From positions 23,446,413-23,510,412 of the forward strand of contig CM119266.1 in assembly GCA_051294375.1 (NCBI GenBank): 64,000 nucleotides of DNA. Direction: 5' to 3'. Below, in pieces: positions 42,570 through 56,269 of this stretch. The DNA comes from Paraspadella gotoi. Taxonomy: Eukaryota; Animalia; Chaetognatha. The notes under the pieces were generated by a model that did no database searches, was not told where the DNA came from, and was given only the letters and a program-made list of their open reading frames with translations. Both the position numbers and the translations under genes were made by a program. The first letter of the stretch is position 1; every line of letters begins with the position of its first letter.

Positions 42570-45500
42570 ATTAATGTGTGATTCGAGCGAAGTTTAAAAC
42601 TTTTTCTCCGCCGTGATCCAACTACGTAAACAAAGACTGTAAAACGAGGAAAACGAAAACGAGGCGGGCGAAAATGAAGCGATAAGCGAAGTGAAGGTTT
42701 TGAAGGATTTTTATTTTTGAGGATTTGGAGAGCGATCGTAAAAAAACGGAGATCGTTCGAGAGGCGCAGGTGTTGGGAGAAGCCTTTTGTTGGCGGGTGT
42801 GAGTTAAATCGTCGAAAGAGGGGGTAATGTTTTTATTACGATATTTTATAGAATAATGAGATCAATAATGAATTTTAAATAAAATATTTATTAAATTAAT
42901 GGATAATTTTTATATTTGTAGTACCAATTTCATAAATGCAATCATAATAGGCTATTATTTTTTTCACGCTTTCACAATTTCTCTGGAGAATTCGATAAAC
43001 TTCCCATCACATAGCTAATTTAAACATAAAAATAGGCTCAAGAATCGCAAACAAATGTAAAGATGATTTCAGTGATTATTTTTTTTCAGATGTAGAATTA
43101 TATTTGAGACGGTACTTTATATGACCATGGTTGCAATACGGTAATGAAAATGTTTACACACATCAATGGTTAGGAATATTAAAACGTAGATACGTGACGA
43201 TTTTTTGACGACGAAATTGAATTCGGTGAAATTAATGCGATGCCAAACAAGTCGCGTCCTCTCGAGGACCAAACACTGACTTTTGTGAGAAGAAAAGTTT
43301 ACCTTTTGTTTTCTTAAACGATCTCGGGACAAAATGTACAATTATCGCTATAAGTTTATAAATATTACATAAAATCGTTTAGGACCATGCGAAATAAATT
43401 TTGGCGAATGTTAATTTGAAAAGTGAAGATAGCCCTGTATAATTTTTGTACAATATAAACAACCAAGGGAAAAAAATATAAAAAGCGACTTTTTCGATCA
43501 AGTTATTTGAAAAAATAAATGCATGCGACTTTCTTCAATCAATTAAATAGTAGTTAGGCAGTTTTTACAAAAAAACTAATGCATATTTTGCTTACGAAGA
43601 CGCATGTTAAGTCAATCCTAAGCTCATAGGATATCAATTAAAGATTTATTTAAGTCTTCATTTTCTCAAAAGTTCAATGTCAACTTTTAAATTTTTATCA
43701 CCCTATGAACTTACGGCACTTCACTGCATGCCTCTCTTGTATCACCTTGTAAAGCGCCAAGCAATAAACTGTTTGTTGTTTTGTTCGCAGTTAACAACAC
43801 TAGAACTGACAGAAGAGGCTGAACGTAGTTCTTATTTTGTTTAATAACAATTTTGTCACGTTAATATAACCCGTTATTGTGTTCACATGATGAAATAAAA
43901 AAATATAATAGCTTATTCACGGTCAAAAAAAACCCATTATTCAGATAATACTTAGATTATTGTAATAAGCAAACATCCATACAATTAGTTTTATGATTTC
44001 TACTTAAGAACGAATTGAAGGAATAAAACTTTTTATCCAAAAAATTGAATTCATAATGTGAACGAACTTCTGCCGGCGATTGCGGACACTAAAAATCGGA
44101 CAAAAGATCATCTCGGGTTTTGACTACGAAGGGAAAGAAAAGGGGTGACACAAAAGGGACACAATGTGACTCTTATTACGACGTGAAAGGGGAAAGTGGG
44201 TAAGAGGGTAAGAGAAGAAAAAAAAATTCATAAACCACAAAACGGACAAAATGTGGACAACAACCTCTCATAAAACGGGGTTCGGTGTTTACTTTGTTTT
44301 TGACAGTTTTTAATTACCCTGGCGGCGACAAAAAACAAAAAATAGTTTTCATTTTGTAGTTGGTTGTTTATTTTTTTTTAAGGTGGACTGGATGCTCTGG
44401 TAAAAAAAAAGAGCAGCGTTTTCGGTAAACGGTAGGCACGCTTTTGACGAGAAAAGACTCGTCCAATTTTCAACTTATCAAACTGTTACGCAGTAAAGAC
44501 CCTGGTAGTGCCATTGGCTCGTGTCGGTTGCTTTATCATTAACAATAAAAATATAAACTGGAAAAAATAATTAATGGTAATAGTAATGACGGCGTTTTAT
44601 AATTAGGTTATACGCGAGTTTGTTTTGTTTTTTTTTCGACTTGTTTGACACCAGAAGTAAAAGTGAAGACTCCGGATAAAAAAAAAGGTTTAGAGGCGGA
44701 ATTTCTAGACGATTATTATTAATTATTAGTTAATATATCCGTTATTCACCTCACGTTTAATTGTTCGTTTTTGTTAAAATTAAATCCGCCTCTAAGCGAG
44801 ACAATGCATTATACCATCTCGCGGACATTCGTAAAAATGAAGCCAAATTTTCCACATACCCTGTTGGCGACACGTTAGTACACAATGATCGAATGAAAAT
44901 CAACGGAATAGTATAATAATGGTAGTAATTATCGTTAAATTCGAAGCTGATTTTATAAAATTTTCTTTTGCAAACGATTCTACTCTCATTTTTTTAAATT
45001 AAATACTACGAGTCTATGGAAAACAAAAGTATAACACAGATTGTCAATAATCGTAACAAATTCGACTACATTATGCTTAAAATAAAAGTGTCATCAGTTT
45101 TCAATACTATTGAAAAACCAAAAAATAATACATGATTTAAAAGCAAATGTTAAACAATTTAGCGAAGCAAAACAAAAAAAAATTAGAGAAAAATGAATCA
45201 AGTATGAGTATGAGAAGGATACGTTTTTAAAAAAAATGTATTTAATTACATTCGGCGCGTTTGCTCAAGTCTTTGACCAGACTTGTTATTTTCATTTGGT
45301 TTTCATCACTAAAACATCACTAATGCGTTCGGAGAAAACACGAATTAAAATTAAAATTAAAACAAAATATTTTTTTTTTATAATCCGAGACTTAGATGAG
45401 ATCGAGATCGAGGGAAATCCGGACGCGAGATTCGAGAATTCGCGTCGATCGAAGCCCAAACTTGAAATCAGAGGCAAACCTCGTTTTATTTTTCCCCATG

Positions 45501-46204
45501 TGTTTTTTTNNNNNNNNNNNNNNNNNNNNNNNNNCGAATATATATTTTTCCATACATGACGATCATTTATGATATTCTCGGTCGAAGCTCTTTTTTCATC
45601 TGATTGGATCATTTTATACGCTGGCTCCACAGCAGGGTATTCAACTCGTTGCTCGATTTATCGAGGAATCAATTCTTGGTGTTTCCATGGCGACGAAAAA
45701 CCATCATATACGTTGTCATTGCCGTCGAGAGAACGATAACCCGCATATCGAGTGACTTCTTTACAATTAAGTATAATATGAATTATTTAAAAATATTTTA
45801 ATTAAAATATATATTTTTTTTTAAATAATTACTAAGTTTTACCCCAAAAACTTTATACTCTGAAATACTAAGAATAAATAAAACTTGTTTCATCTCGGTC
45901 AAGACAGAAAGATAGAAAGTGAGTGAATGATAAAGTTTTTTTTCTTTTCTTCTCTCTCTCTCTCTCTCTCTGGTCGAGAGATTCGGACTCGTCGGCGAAG
46001 ATCCAAAGGATCACCAGCCGCGATTCACGTGAAAGAGACAAATTGTCGAGCTCACAAATCGTCGACTCGCGAAATCGACTTTTCGGTCGGCGACTGGATT
46101 CGATCCCCCGACCCCTCGGGTCTGACCCCGAAACGTCGGACCCCGTCCGATCGACGACCACGACGACGACGATAATATCTCTCTCTCTCTCTTCCTTCTC
46201 TCTT

Positions 46205-46246
<42 letters not shown>

Positions 46247-46259
46247 CTATCTCTCTCTC

Positions 46260-49200
46260 TCTCTTCAACACATCTCCATCGAGGCCCCGAACGAGCATTC
46301 ATCCCGACAGAGACGGGGCCCGAATTGTAGCTCCGTCGGTCGTTTTGTAGTCTGTATTCTCGTCGGCCGAGATCGAGCACGAAGGTTCGAGTTTCGAGGC
46401 AAAAGTCGAAGAGTTGACTTCAAAGGGAAAAGTCAGACTTGGCCGACGGGACTGAGTTGCGGACTAAAAAACCGGTCGAGGAGTCTCTCCACTTCGAATT
46501 CTCCAGCGTCTCGCTATTCCGAAAGTTCCGCCACTTCGAAATATTTGATACGTTTTGGTTTTAGTTCAAATATTGTCGTATTCTATTTCCTTGGTCTGAA
46601 TATAAAACAAAGTATTTTTTAAAAAATGAATTGCATTACTTCATATTTTTGTAATGAAATTAATTTTTAGATAATTTCTTAGTAGTTATAAATTTACTTT
46701 TTTTAAACATTATTTCAGTTCATTACATAAGTTATTATGTTGCAAATCTCGAACAAAACACTTACAACGTGTTATAATATAAGATTGTTCCCAAAGGTAA
46801 ACTTTCGGAAAAGTTGAAAAACCGGATGTTGATGACGACGATGACGATGACGACGACGACCAAGTCGTCTAGACTGACTCTCATCAGAAATTCTAACCAC
46901 CGCCGATCCGAGAGACAGACAGACCGACGTACGACCGACCGACTGACGATGACCGCCGGTTAAGAACCGTCGACCGATGTTTATTCGTCGTCTTTATGAT
47001 TCATTCCCGCCCCGACGGGACGTCGAAGACGTGATGATTGTGATGATGATGATGATGATGATTTGAGATAGATTGATGGATGATGATGATGATGAGATGA
47101 GATGTGATAATGATGACGTAAAGACTATAATGTTTAGAATGAACTGATGATGAGGATGATGATGTTGATGAAGGATGATAAATATTAACTGAATTTTCAA
47201 TGAAAAATATATTTCGTCTGGAAGCATAGTTAAACCAATAATTAATAAATTAACGTTAAAAAAATTGAAATTATCGGAAAACTATTATTAAAACAAGTTT
47301 CGCTCGACATGCGGATATTACCTAAAGTCCTCGATGCTCTTTTATTGTCATTTTGATTTTCGATTCATCGATTTTTTTTCTGTTTTATTTTTTCTTTTTT
47401 CAATTCGAATTTCGAAAAACTTCGAAGAAACATCAAATATAGAGAGAAATCTTGTTCTTCAATTCAAAATTCACGAACTCGAAATACAAAAAAAATAATT
47501 TAATTGTGAAAAGAAAACGAGTTCAAAAAGTTGATTCCTTTCTTCTTGTACAAATTCGTAGTCGTCCTCCCGCCGCTGCCCCACTTGTTTCCCCATTCCT
47601 GTTTCTCCAAGCCACCCCCCCCATGATTTCAACCCCCACCCCATCCCCCAATTTCCCGCCATCTACAATTTTCCTTTCTTATATGGTGCCAAATTTAATC
47701 CTCCCCCTTCTCTCTCGCTCACGTTCAACACCACCGCGTATTCCTCTTCTTTCGAATTCGTTTGTTCCTCCACCCCCTTTCCTTTCCCCGACCCCCCCCC
47801 CTCCGTAAAAAACAGTTCAAATCCGAGACGAGGATCGAGAGAGATTTTTCCCTCGAAATCCCCAACCGAAACGAGGATCGAGTTTTCTTTTTTTCTTCTT
47901 CTTCTTCTTTCCGATCGAAAGCGAAGAATCGAGTCTTTCCAACGAAACCAGTAGCGCGCCAGAGCGAGAAGGAGGGGGGCGTGGCTTGGAGAAACAGGAA
48001 TGGGGAACAAGTGGGCAGCGGCGGGAGACGACTACGAATTTGTACAAGAAGAAAGGAATCACTTTTGAACTCGTTTTCTTTTCAAATTAAATTATTTTTT
48101 TTTGTATTTCGAGTTCGTGAATTTGAATTGAAGAACAAGATTTCTCTCTATATTTGATGTTTCTTCGAAGTTTTTCGAAATTCGAATTGAAAAAAGAAAA
48201 TAAAACAGAAAAAAAAATCGATGGAATCGAAAATCAGAAATGACAATAAAAGAGCATCGAGGACTTTAGGTAATATCCGCATGTCGAGCGAAACTTGTTT
48301 TAATAATAGTTTCCGATAATTTCAATTTTTTTAACGTTAATTTATTAATTATTGTTTAACTATGGCTTCCCAGACGAAATATATTTTTCATTGAAAATTC
48401 AGTTAATATTTATCATCCTCATCAACATCATCATCCTCATCATCAGTTCATTCTAAACATTATAGTCTTTACCGTCATCATTATCATCATCTTCTTCATC
48501 ATCATCATCATCATCATCGTCTTCGACGTCCCGTCGGGGCGGGAATGAATCATACAGACGACGAATAAACATCGGTCGACGGTTCTTAACCGGCGGTCAT
48601 CGTCAGTCGGTCGGTCGTACGTCGGTCTGTCTGTCTCTCGGTCATCGGCGGTGGTTAGAATTTCTGATGAGAGTCAGTCTAGACGACTTGGTCGTCGTCG
48701 TCATCGTCATCGTCGTCATCAACATCCGGTTTTTCACTTTTCCGAAAGTTTACCTTTGGGAACAATCTTATATTAACACGTTGTAAGTGTTTTGTTCGAG
48801 ATTTGCAACATATAACTTATGTAATGAACTGAAATAATGTTTAAAAAAAAGTAAATTTATAACTACTAAGAAATTATCTAAAAATTAATTTCATTACAAA
48901 ATATGAAGTAATGCAATTCATTTTTTTAAAAAAATTACTTTGTTTTATATTCAGACCAAAGGAAATAGAATACGACAATATTTGAACTAAAACCAAAACG
49001 TATCAATATTTCGAAGTGGCGGAACTTTCGGAATAGCGAGACGCTCGGAGAATTCGAAGTGGAGAGACTCCTCGACCGGTTTTTAGTCCGCAACTCAGTC
49101 CCGTCGGCCAAGTCTGACTTTTCCCTTTGAAGTCAACTCTTCGACTTTTGCCTCGAAACTCGAACCTTCGTCGCTCGATCTCGGCCGACGAGAATACAGA

Positions 49201-49301
49201 CTACAAAACGACCGACGGAGCTACAATTCGGGCCCCGTCTTCTGTCGGGATGAATGCTCGTTCGGGCGACGACGATAATATCTCTATCTCTCTCTTCTCT
49301 C

Positions 49302-49378
<77 letters not shown>

Positions 49379-50520
49379 AACACATCTCCATCGAGGCCCC
49401 GAACGAGCATTCATCCCGACAGAAGACGGGGCCCGAATTTGTAGCTCCGTCGGTCGTTTTGTAGTCTGTATTCTCGTCGGCCGAGATCGAGCGACGAAGG
49501 GTTCGAGTTTTCGAGGCAAAAGTCGAAGAGTTGACTTCAAAGGGAAAAGTCAGACTTGGCCGACGGGACTGAGTTGCGGACTAAAAACCGGTCGAGGAGT
49601 CTCTCCACTTCGAATTCTCCGAGCGTCTCGCTATTCCGAAAGTTCCGCCACTTCGAAATATTTGATACGATTTGGTTTTAGTTCAAATATTGTCGTATTC
49701 TATTTCCTTGGTCTGAATATAAAACAAAGTAATTTTTTTAAAAAAATGAATTGCATTACTTCATATTTTGTAATGAAATTAATTTTTAGATAATTTCTTA
49801 GTAGTTATAAATTTACTTTTTTTTAAACATTATTTCAGTTCATTACATAAGTTATATGTTGCAAATCTCGAACAAAACACTTACAACGTGTTAATATAAG
49901 ATTGTTCCCAAAGGTAAACTTTCGGAAAAGTGAAAAACCGGATGTTGATGACGACGATGACGATGACGACGACGACCAAGTCGTCTAGACTGACTCTCAT
50001 CAGAAATTCTAACCACCGCCGATGACCGAGAGACAGAACAGACCGACGTACGACCGACCGACTGACGATGACCGCCGGTTAAGAACCGTCGACCGATGTT
50101 TATTCGTCGTCTGTATGATTCATTCCCCCCCGACGGGACGTCGAAGACGATGATGATGATGATGATTGGATGAAGAAGATGATGATAATGATGACGGTAA
50201 AGACTATAATGTTTAGAATGAACTGATGATGAGGATTGATGATTGATAGATAGATAAATATTAACTGAATTTTCAATGGAAAATATATTTCGTCTGGAAG
50301 GCCTAGTTAAACAATAATTAATAAATTAACGTTAAAAAATTGAAATTATCGGAAAACTATTATTAAAAATCAAGTTTCGCTCGACATGCGGATATTACCT
50401 AAAGTCCTCGATGCTCTTTTATTGTCATTTTCTGATTTTCGATTCCATCGATTTTTTTTTTTTCGTTTATTTTTCTTTTTTCAATTCGAATTTCGAAAAA
50501 CTTCGAAGAAACAAATCTCT
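46260..50520. repeat. Zig-zag (+/-/+) array of the block first seen at 27370-29110
   Basis: 46260-47965 (+), 47975-49265 (-) and 49375-50520 (+); a further (-) copy at 55030-56170. Confidence 0.9.
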
Positions 50521-51698
50521 CTCTTNNNNNNNNNNNNNNNNNNNNNNNNNTCGTGGTCGTCGATCGGACGGGGTCCGACGTTTCGGGGTCAGACCCGAGG
50601 GTCGGGGGATCGAATCCAGTCGCCGACCGAAAAGTCGATTTCGCGAGTCGACGATTTGTGAGTCGACCATTTGTCTCTTTCACGTGAATCGCGGCTCGGT
50701 GATCCTTTGGATCTTCGCCGACGAGTCGAATCTCTCGACCAGAGAGAGAGAGAGAGAGAGAGAAAAGAAAAAAACTTTATCATTCACTCACTTTCTATCT
50801 TTCTGTCTTGACCGAGATGAAACAAGTTTTATTTATTCTTAGTATTTCAGAAATATTAAAGTATAAAGTTTTTGGGGTAAAACTTAGTAATTATTTAAAA
50901 AAAATTATATTTTAATTAAAATATTTTTAAATAATTCAATATTATACTTAATTGTAAAGAAGTCACTCGACTATGCGGGATATCGTTCTCTCGACGGCAA
51001 TGTCAACGTATATGATGGTTTTTTCGTCGCCATGGAAACACCAAGAATTGATTCCTCGATAAATCTGAGCAACGAGTTGAATACCCTGCTGTGGAGCCAG
51101 CGTTATAAAATGATCACAATCAGATGAAAAAAGAGCTTCGACCGAGAATATCATAAATGATCGTCATGTATGGAAAAATATATATTCGTTAATAATAAGT
51201 ATTTTTTTTAATAATAGTTTGAATTTGGCCGAAAAAAATCACTACGGCATAAAAAAATAATCGATTTCCGCGCGGCGTCAAAGCTGCGGGAATTTTCGAA
51301 GAATAAAATACCACGTTGTCAAGGGGCGCAGAAAGATAAACAAAGAAACAAAACAAAGCAAAACAGGTGAACAGAAAAGGAGCGTAAAATGCGTTTACGT
51401 CGCCATGGCGACATCGAAGCGATGGAGAGAGCGAGAGATGAAGAGAAGGAGAAAGCCTTGATTTATCGAGACTGCATTCTTTTATGTCCGGTAAGGAGTA
51501 ACCGGGTTGAGAACTGAGAATGTTTTTTTTCGTTGGTTTGATTCTTTCGTTGATTGTTGTGATTTAAAAATTATTTTTATTGTCATTTCTCGCCGATAAA
51601 TTTCCTCTGAAGTTGTTTTCGTTGTTGTTCTTTTTTTTTCCTATTATTTTTGTTTTCGTTTCGATTTTGTTTTTTTAGAATACCTGTTCCTCATTTCT

Positions 51699-51857
51699 TC
51701 ATTCACCCATGACTTCCTTCTTGCACAATTCCATCTCCGTGAGGCCGTGGTGCATTCCGGGGTGACCCGCATGGGCCATGAGGCCCGGGGGCATGCCGCC
51801 CATGACCAGGTGACCCGGACCCGGCATGCCCACGCCGAGAGCCGCCTTCTGCTCTTT
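51699..51857 (-). CDS. Antp: Terminal coding exon of the Antp-class Hox gene
   Basis: Pyrimidine tract and acceptor catcttcttctccctatttgcag, then an in-frame GC-rich exon KEQKAALGVGMPGPGHLVMGGMPPGLMAHAGHPGMHHGLTEMELCKKEVMGE-TGA. It restores the expected WK|KE end of the homeodomain after a 219-nt GT-AG intron (51858-52076). Confidence 0.88.
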   Translation of the reverse strand, partial: KEQKAALGVGMPGPGHLVMGGMPPGLMAHAGHPGMHHGLTEMELCKKEVMGE

Positions 51858-52016
51858 CTGCAAATAGGGAGAAGAAGATGGCGGAAGATGGGAAATGGGA
51901 GGAAGAGAAGGGGTTCGGGTGAGGCATTGGGGATTTGAAATATGGATTTGGAAAATGAGGAAAAGTAGAAAAAGATAAATAATTCTTACTTTTTATAATT
52001 CTTACAGCTTACGTTA

Positions 52017-52286
<270 letters not shown>

Positions 52287-53302
52287 CTATGTTTGTGAAA
52301 AAACCTAATGTTGAGTGACTCTATTGTATACCATTAAGTTTAATAGTTCAAAAAATTTCTGCTAATTCCCACATTATAAAAAAATATTATTGTCCAAGGT
52401 TAGAATATAACTGAAAACTACTACTGATAATAAACGACAGCAAAGGAATCGCCCAATGACCGAAAGGAATTGAAAAATAATTTTAAATTCACGAAAGAAA
52501 AAGGCGAGAGGTCAATAAATGATTCGAATCGACTGAACGAAGCAATGAATATATGTTTCAACCCTTTTAAAAAGCCTTTTGAATTGAAAACGACTTATTT
52601 CTCTCCCTGATTGAAGCGGGACGAGGAGCGTGACTTCCAAGACGAGCCCAAGAAAGACGATTAAGCCCACGAACGAGCGACGACGACGACGACGACGATT
52701 TAATGGCATCGACGATAAAGCGCCGTCCGAGATCGACTCATGTTTTCGTCATCAAAATCGTTTAAAACGAGATAAAAAAAAGGTCTGGAATCCTCTAGCG
52801 GCGGAGCGAGAGAACGAGAAACAGACGCCCGTCGCCGGCCGTCTCCTCCCCTCCTGTCCCCTCCCCCCCCGAAGCAGGATCTATTGCCAGGACATATTAT
52901 GCACAAACACTTTGTAATGAAGTTATTGTCACCAGTCGAATGTTAAAATTTATTATTTCGGTTTAGTTCGTGGAAAAAGGTTTGTTGAACCAAAAAAGTA
53001 TTAATATTTTTTGAATTTTTTCTAATTTACACGATGAAATTTCGCTCGCGTCATTTTAACGCCGAATAAAGGCGCATTTCGCTTGTTGTTTTCTCTCCCC
53101 TAAAAGTGTTGCTTTACTCCGTCCGCGAAAGTCACCGAGATTCCGGAAGACATTTCGAAACCATTTCAACGCCGTTTCGACGTCGTTTCGCCGCCATTTC
53201 ACCGCCAAAAAAAACCGCCACGTCGACTTAATTGAAAAGAGAAGACTCCGGCAGGAAAGCGAAAAGTTTGACTTTTGTTGAGAGCTCCTCTCTCTCTCCT
53301 CT

Positions 53303-53359
<57 letters not shown>

Positions 53360-56194
53360 GCTCCCTCTCTCTCTCACTCCGTCTCCTCTCTCTCTACCTC
53401 TCTCGCTCTTTCAACTCTGGCGGCTATTTGTGAAGAATTATCCGGACGGTGGCCGTTCCTGGCGGCCACCGACGGCATTATCTCTGACAGTTATGGTCAA
53501 TAAAAAGACGCCAAAAGCGCACGGGCGTTTCCCGCGATTCGAGAGAGGAAAAGTAGGAGAGGGTAAGGGGGAGAAGGAGGGAAGGGAGAAGGGGTAAGGA
53601 AATAGCGTGCGGCTGTGGGTAAGTCATACACTTTTTTTCTACCCTTAGGGATTCGGGGACCAAAAGGTGAGTAAAAACCGGAAGAATGAACGAGCGAACC
53701 CGCCGAAGCTCTCGCGGGGAGAGAGAGAGAGACGCGGGAGGGGGGGCAGGGGGGCGTAAAAAAACGAAGAACCCACGCGAACCGCGAAGCCTTTAAGAGA
53801 CGATAACGAGTTCCGAGGCACCGAGAGGATCAAGGAAACAATAAAACAAAAAAGCGCGAACACGGACGAAGACAAGGGATCGGGGAAACGGTCCCCGGTT
53901 TGTTTCGAATTATTGCGAGAGAGGTGAGTTATATGTTAGTTATTACAAACAATAAGCAAATTTAATAAATCGCTATTTAAACCGTTTGAAATTAATTTGA
54001 AACGTTTGAAATCCCTCATTAATTAAACCCGAAGCCTCTCCTTCTCGCTCGACCTCTTAACAGCCAATAAGGCGTAAAGCCCCATTATTCTTCGCGCTCA
54101 AATTAAAGGGGCGGGTACTCTCTCTCTCTCTCTCCTCATCCTCTCTCTCTCATCTCCTCCCTCTCTCTCTTCTCTCTCTCTCTCTTCTCTTCTTCTCGGT
54201 CCTTCTCCTCGTTCATCTCACTTTTCTCTCTCTCTCTCTCTCTCCTCTTCTCTCTCTCTCTCTTCGTTCCTCCTCGGGGAGATTCGATGAGAGCGAGAGT
54301 CAGATCGGTAGTTAGCCTTTGTCAGCAGCTAGCGAATCTACGACGGGATCTCCGTCAGTCCAATGCTCGGCATGCATTATGCACTTTCTACCACGCATTC
54401 TCTCATCTCTTCGCTTCGAGTTCGTAGTCTCTCACTTTTCTCTCTCTCTCTCTCTCTCCCTCTCTTCACACTTCATCCTCTCTCTCTCCGTCTCTCTCTC
54501 TCCTCTCTCTCTCTCTCCCTCTCGCTCTTCTTTGTTTTTGGCGAACACTAAAAAGTCTGGCGAAGGCGCGCATTAGAAATTGATCTCGTTTTAATTTCAA
54601 TTAACTTCGTCTACTTCATAAGAATCTCGGTAATTTTTCTTGACGCTTCTTGCTTCTCTTAGTACGACAATGCAAGAAGAGAAGAGCAGAGAGAGATAGA
54701 AGAGAGAGAGGGTGCTTGATAAAAGGGAAAGACAGGGGGGAGGGAGAGAGAGAGAAAGAGAGGAGGGGAGGGAGGAAGGGAGGGAGAGAGAGAGGAAAAC
54801 GAGGAGGAGAGGAGAAGAGAGAGAGAGAAAGAAAGCAGAAGATAGAGCCGCGAGCGATGTGGGAAAGGTGGAAGGGCCGGGCTTAAAGGCACAATAACCG
54901 CACGCTAAACACGCCTTTTATGGTCGGTTTTTGATCGGTAATTGACTGCTGAAAAGAGTTGAACAACAGTTTCCGACCGCGATGGTGATGATTACGATCT
55001 TCCAAGTGCCGTCGTCGTCGTCGAAGAGAGAGATTTGTTTCTTCGAAGTTTTTCGAATCGGATTGAGAAAATAAACGAAAAAAAAAAAATCGATGGAAAT
55101 CGGAAAATCAGAAAATGACATAAAAGAGCTATCGGAGGAACTTTTAGGATAATATCCATGTCGAGCGAAACTTGATTTTTTTTAGTTTTCCGATAATTTC
55201 AATTTTTTAACGTTATTTATTAATTATTGTTTACTTAGGTCCAGACGAAATTTTTTCCATTTGAAATTCAGTTAATATTTATCTTTATAATCATCAAATC
55301 CTGCATCATCAATTCAATTCTAAACATTATAGTCTTTACCGTCACATTATCATCATCTTCTTCATCCAATCATCATCATCATCATCGTCTCGACGTCCGC
55401 GTCGGGGGGAATGAATCAATACAGACGGAACGATAAACATCGGGTCGACGGTCTTAACCGCCGGTCATCGTCAGTCGGTCGGTCGTACGTCGGTCTGCTT
55501 CCTGTCTCATCGTCATCGGCGGTGGTTAGAAATTTCTGATGAGAGTCAGTCTAGACGACTTGGTCGTCGTGTCCATCGGTCATCGTCTCATCAACAGTAC
55601 CGGTTTTTTCACTTTTCCGAAGTTTATCCATTTGGGAACAATCTTATATTAACACGTTGTTAAGTGTTTTGTTCGAGATTTGCAACATATAACTTATGTA
55701 ATGAAACTGAAATAATGGTTTAAAAAAAAGTATTTATAACTACTAAGAAATTATCTAAAAATTAATTTCAATGTACAAACACTATGAAGTAATGCAATTC
55801 ATTTTTTTAAAAAAATTACTTTGTTTTATATTCAGACGGCAAGGAAATAGAATACGACAATATTTGAACCTAAACAAATCGTATCAAATATTTCGAAGTG
55901 GCGGACTTTTCGGAAAGCGAGACGCTTCGAGAATTCGAAGTGGAGAGACTCCTCGACCGGTTTTTAGGTCCGCAACTCAGTCCCGGTCGGCCAAAGTCTG
56001 ACTTTTCCCTTTGAAGTCAACTCTTTCGACTTTTGCCTGCGAAAACTCGAACCCTTCGTCGCTCATCTCGGCGACGAGAATACAGACTACAAAACGACCG
56101 ACGGAGCTACAAATTCGGGCCCCGTCTTCTGTCAGGGATGAATGCTCGTTCGGGTCGAGGAGATGTGTTGAAGAGAGAGAGAGAGAGAGAAGAG

Positions 56195-56259
<65 letters not shown>

Positions 56260-56269
56260 TTATCGTCGT

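Larger units (their letters stand above)
29096..45509. repeat. ~6.9-kb inverted duplication (29096-36016 vs 38833-45509)
   Basis: Both ends and internal landmarks, including the miR-10 hairpin, match as reverse complements with scattered indels. Confidence 0.9.

Noticed and set aside
20205-45509. Large inverted repeats as transposon TIRs
   Set aside because: Arms are kilobases of otherwise unique sequence with indel noise; no transposase or target-site duplication seen, and joins fall at gaps or microsatellites.
48664-48690. CTGATGAG followed by a small hairpin (hammerhead-like)
   Set aside because: No GAAA after the stem and no stems I/III.
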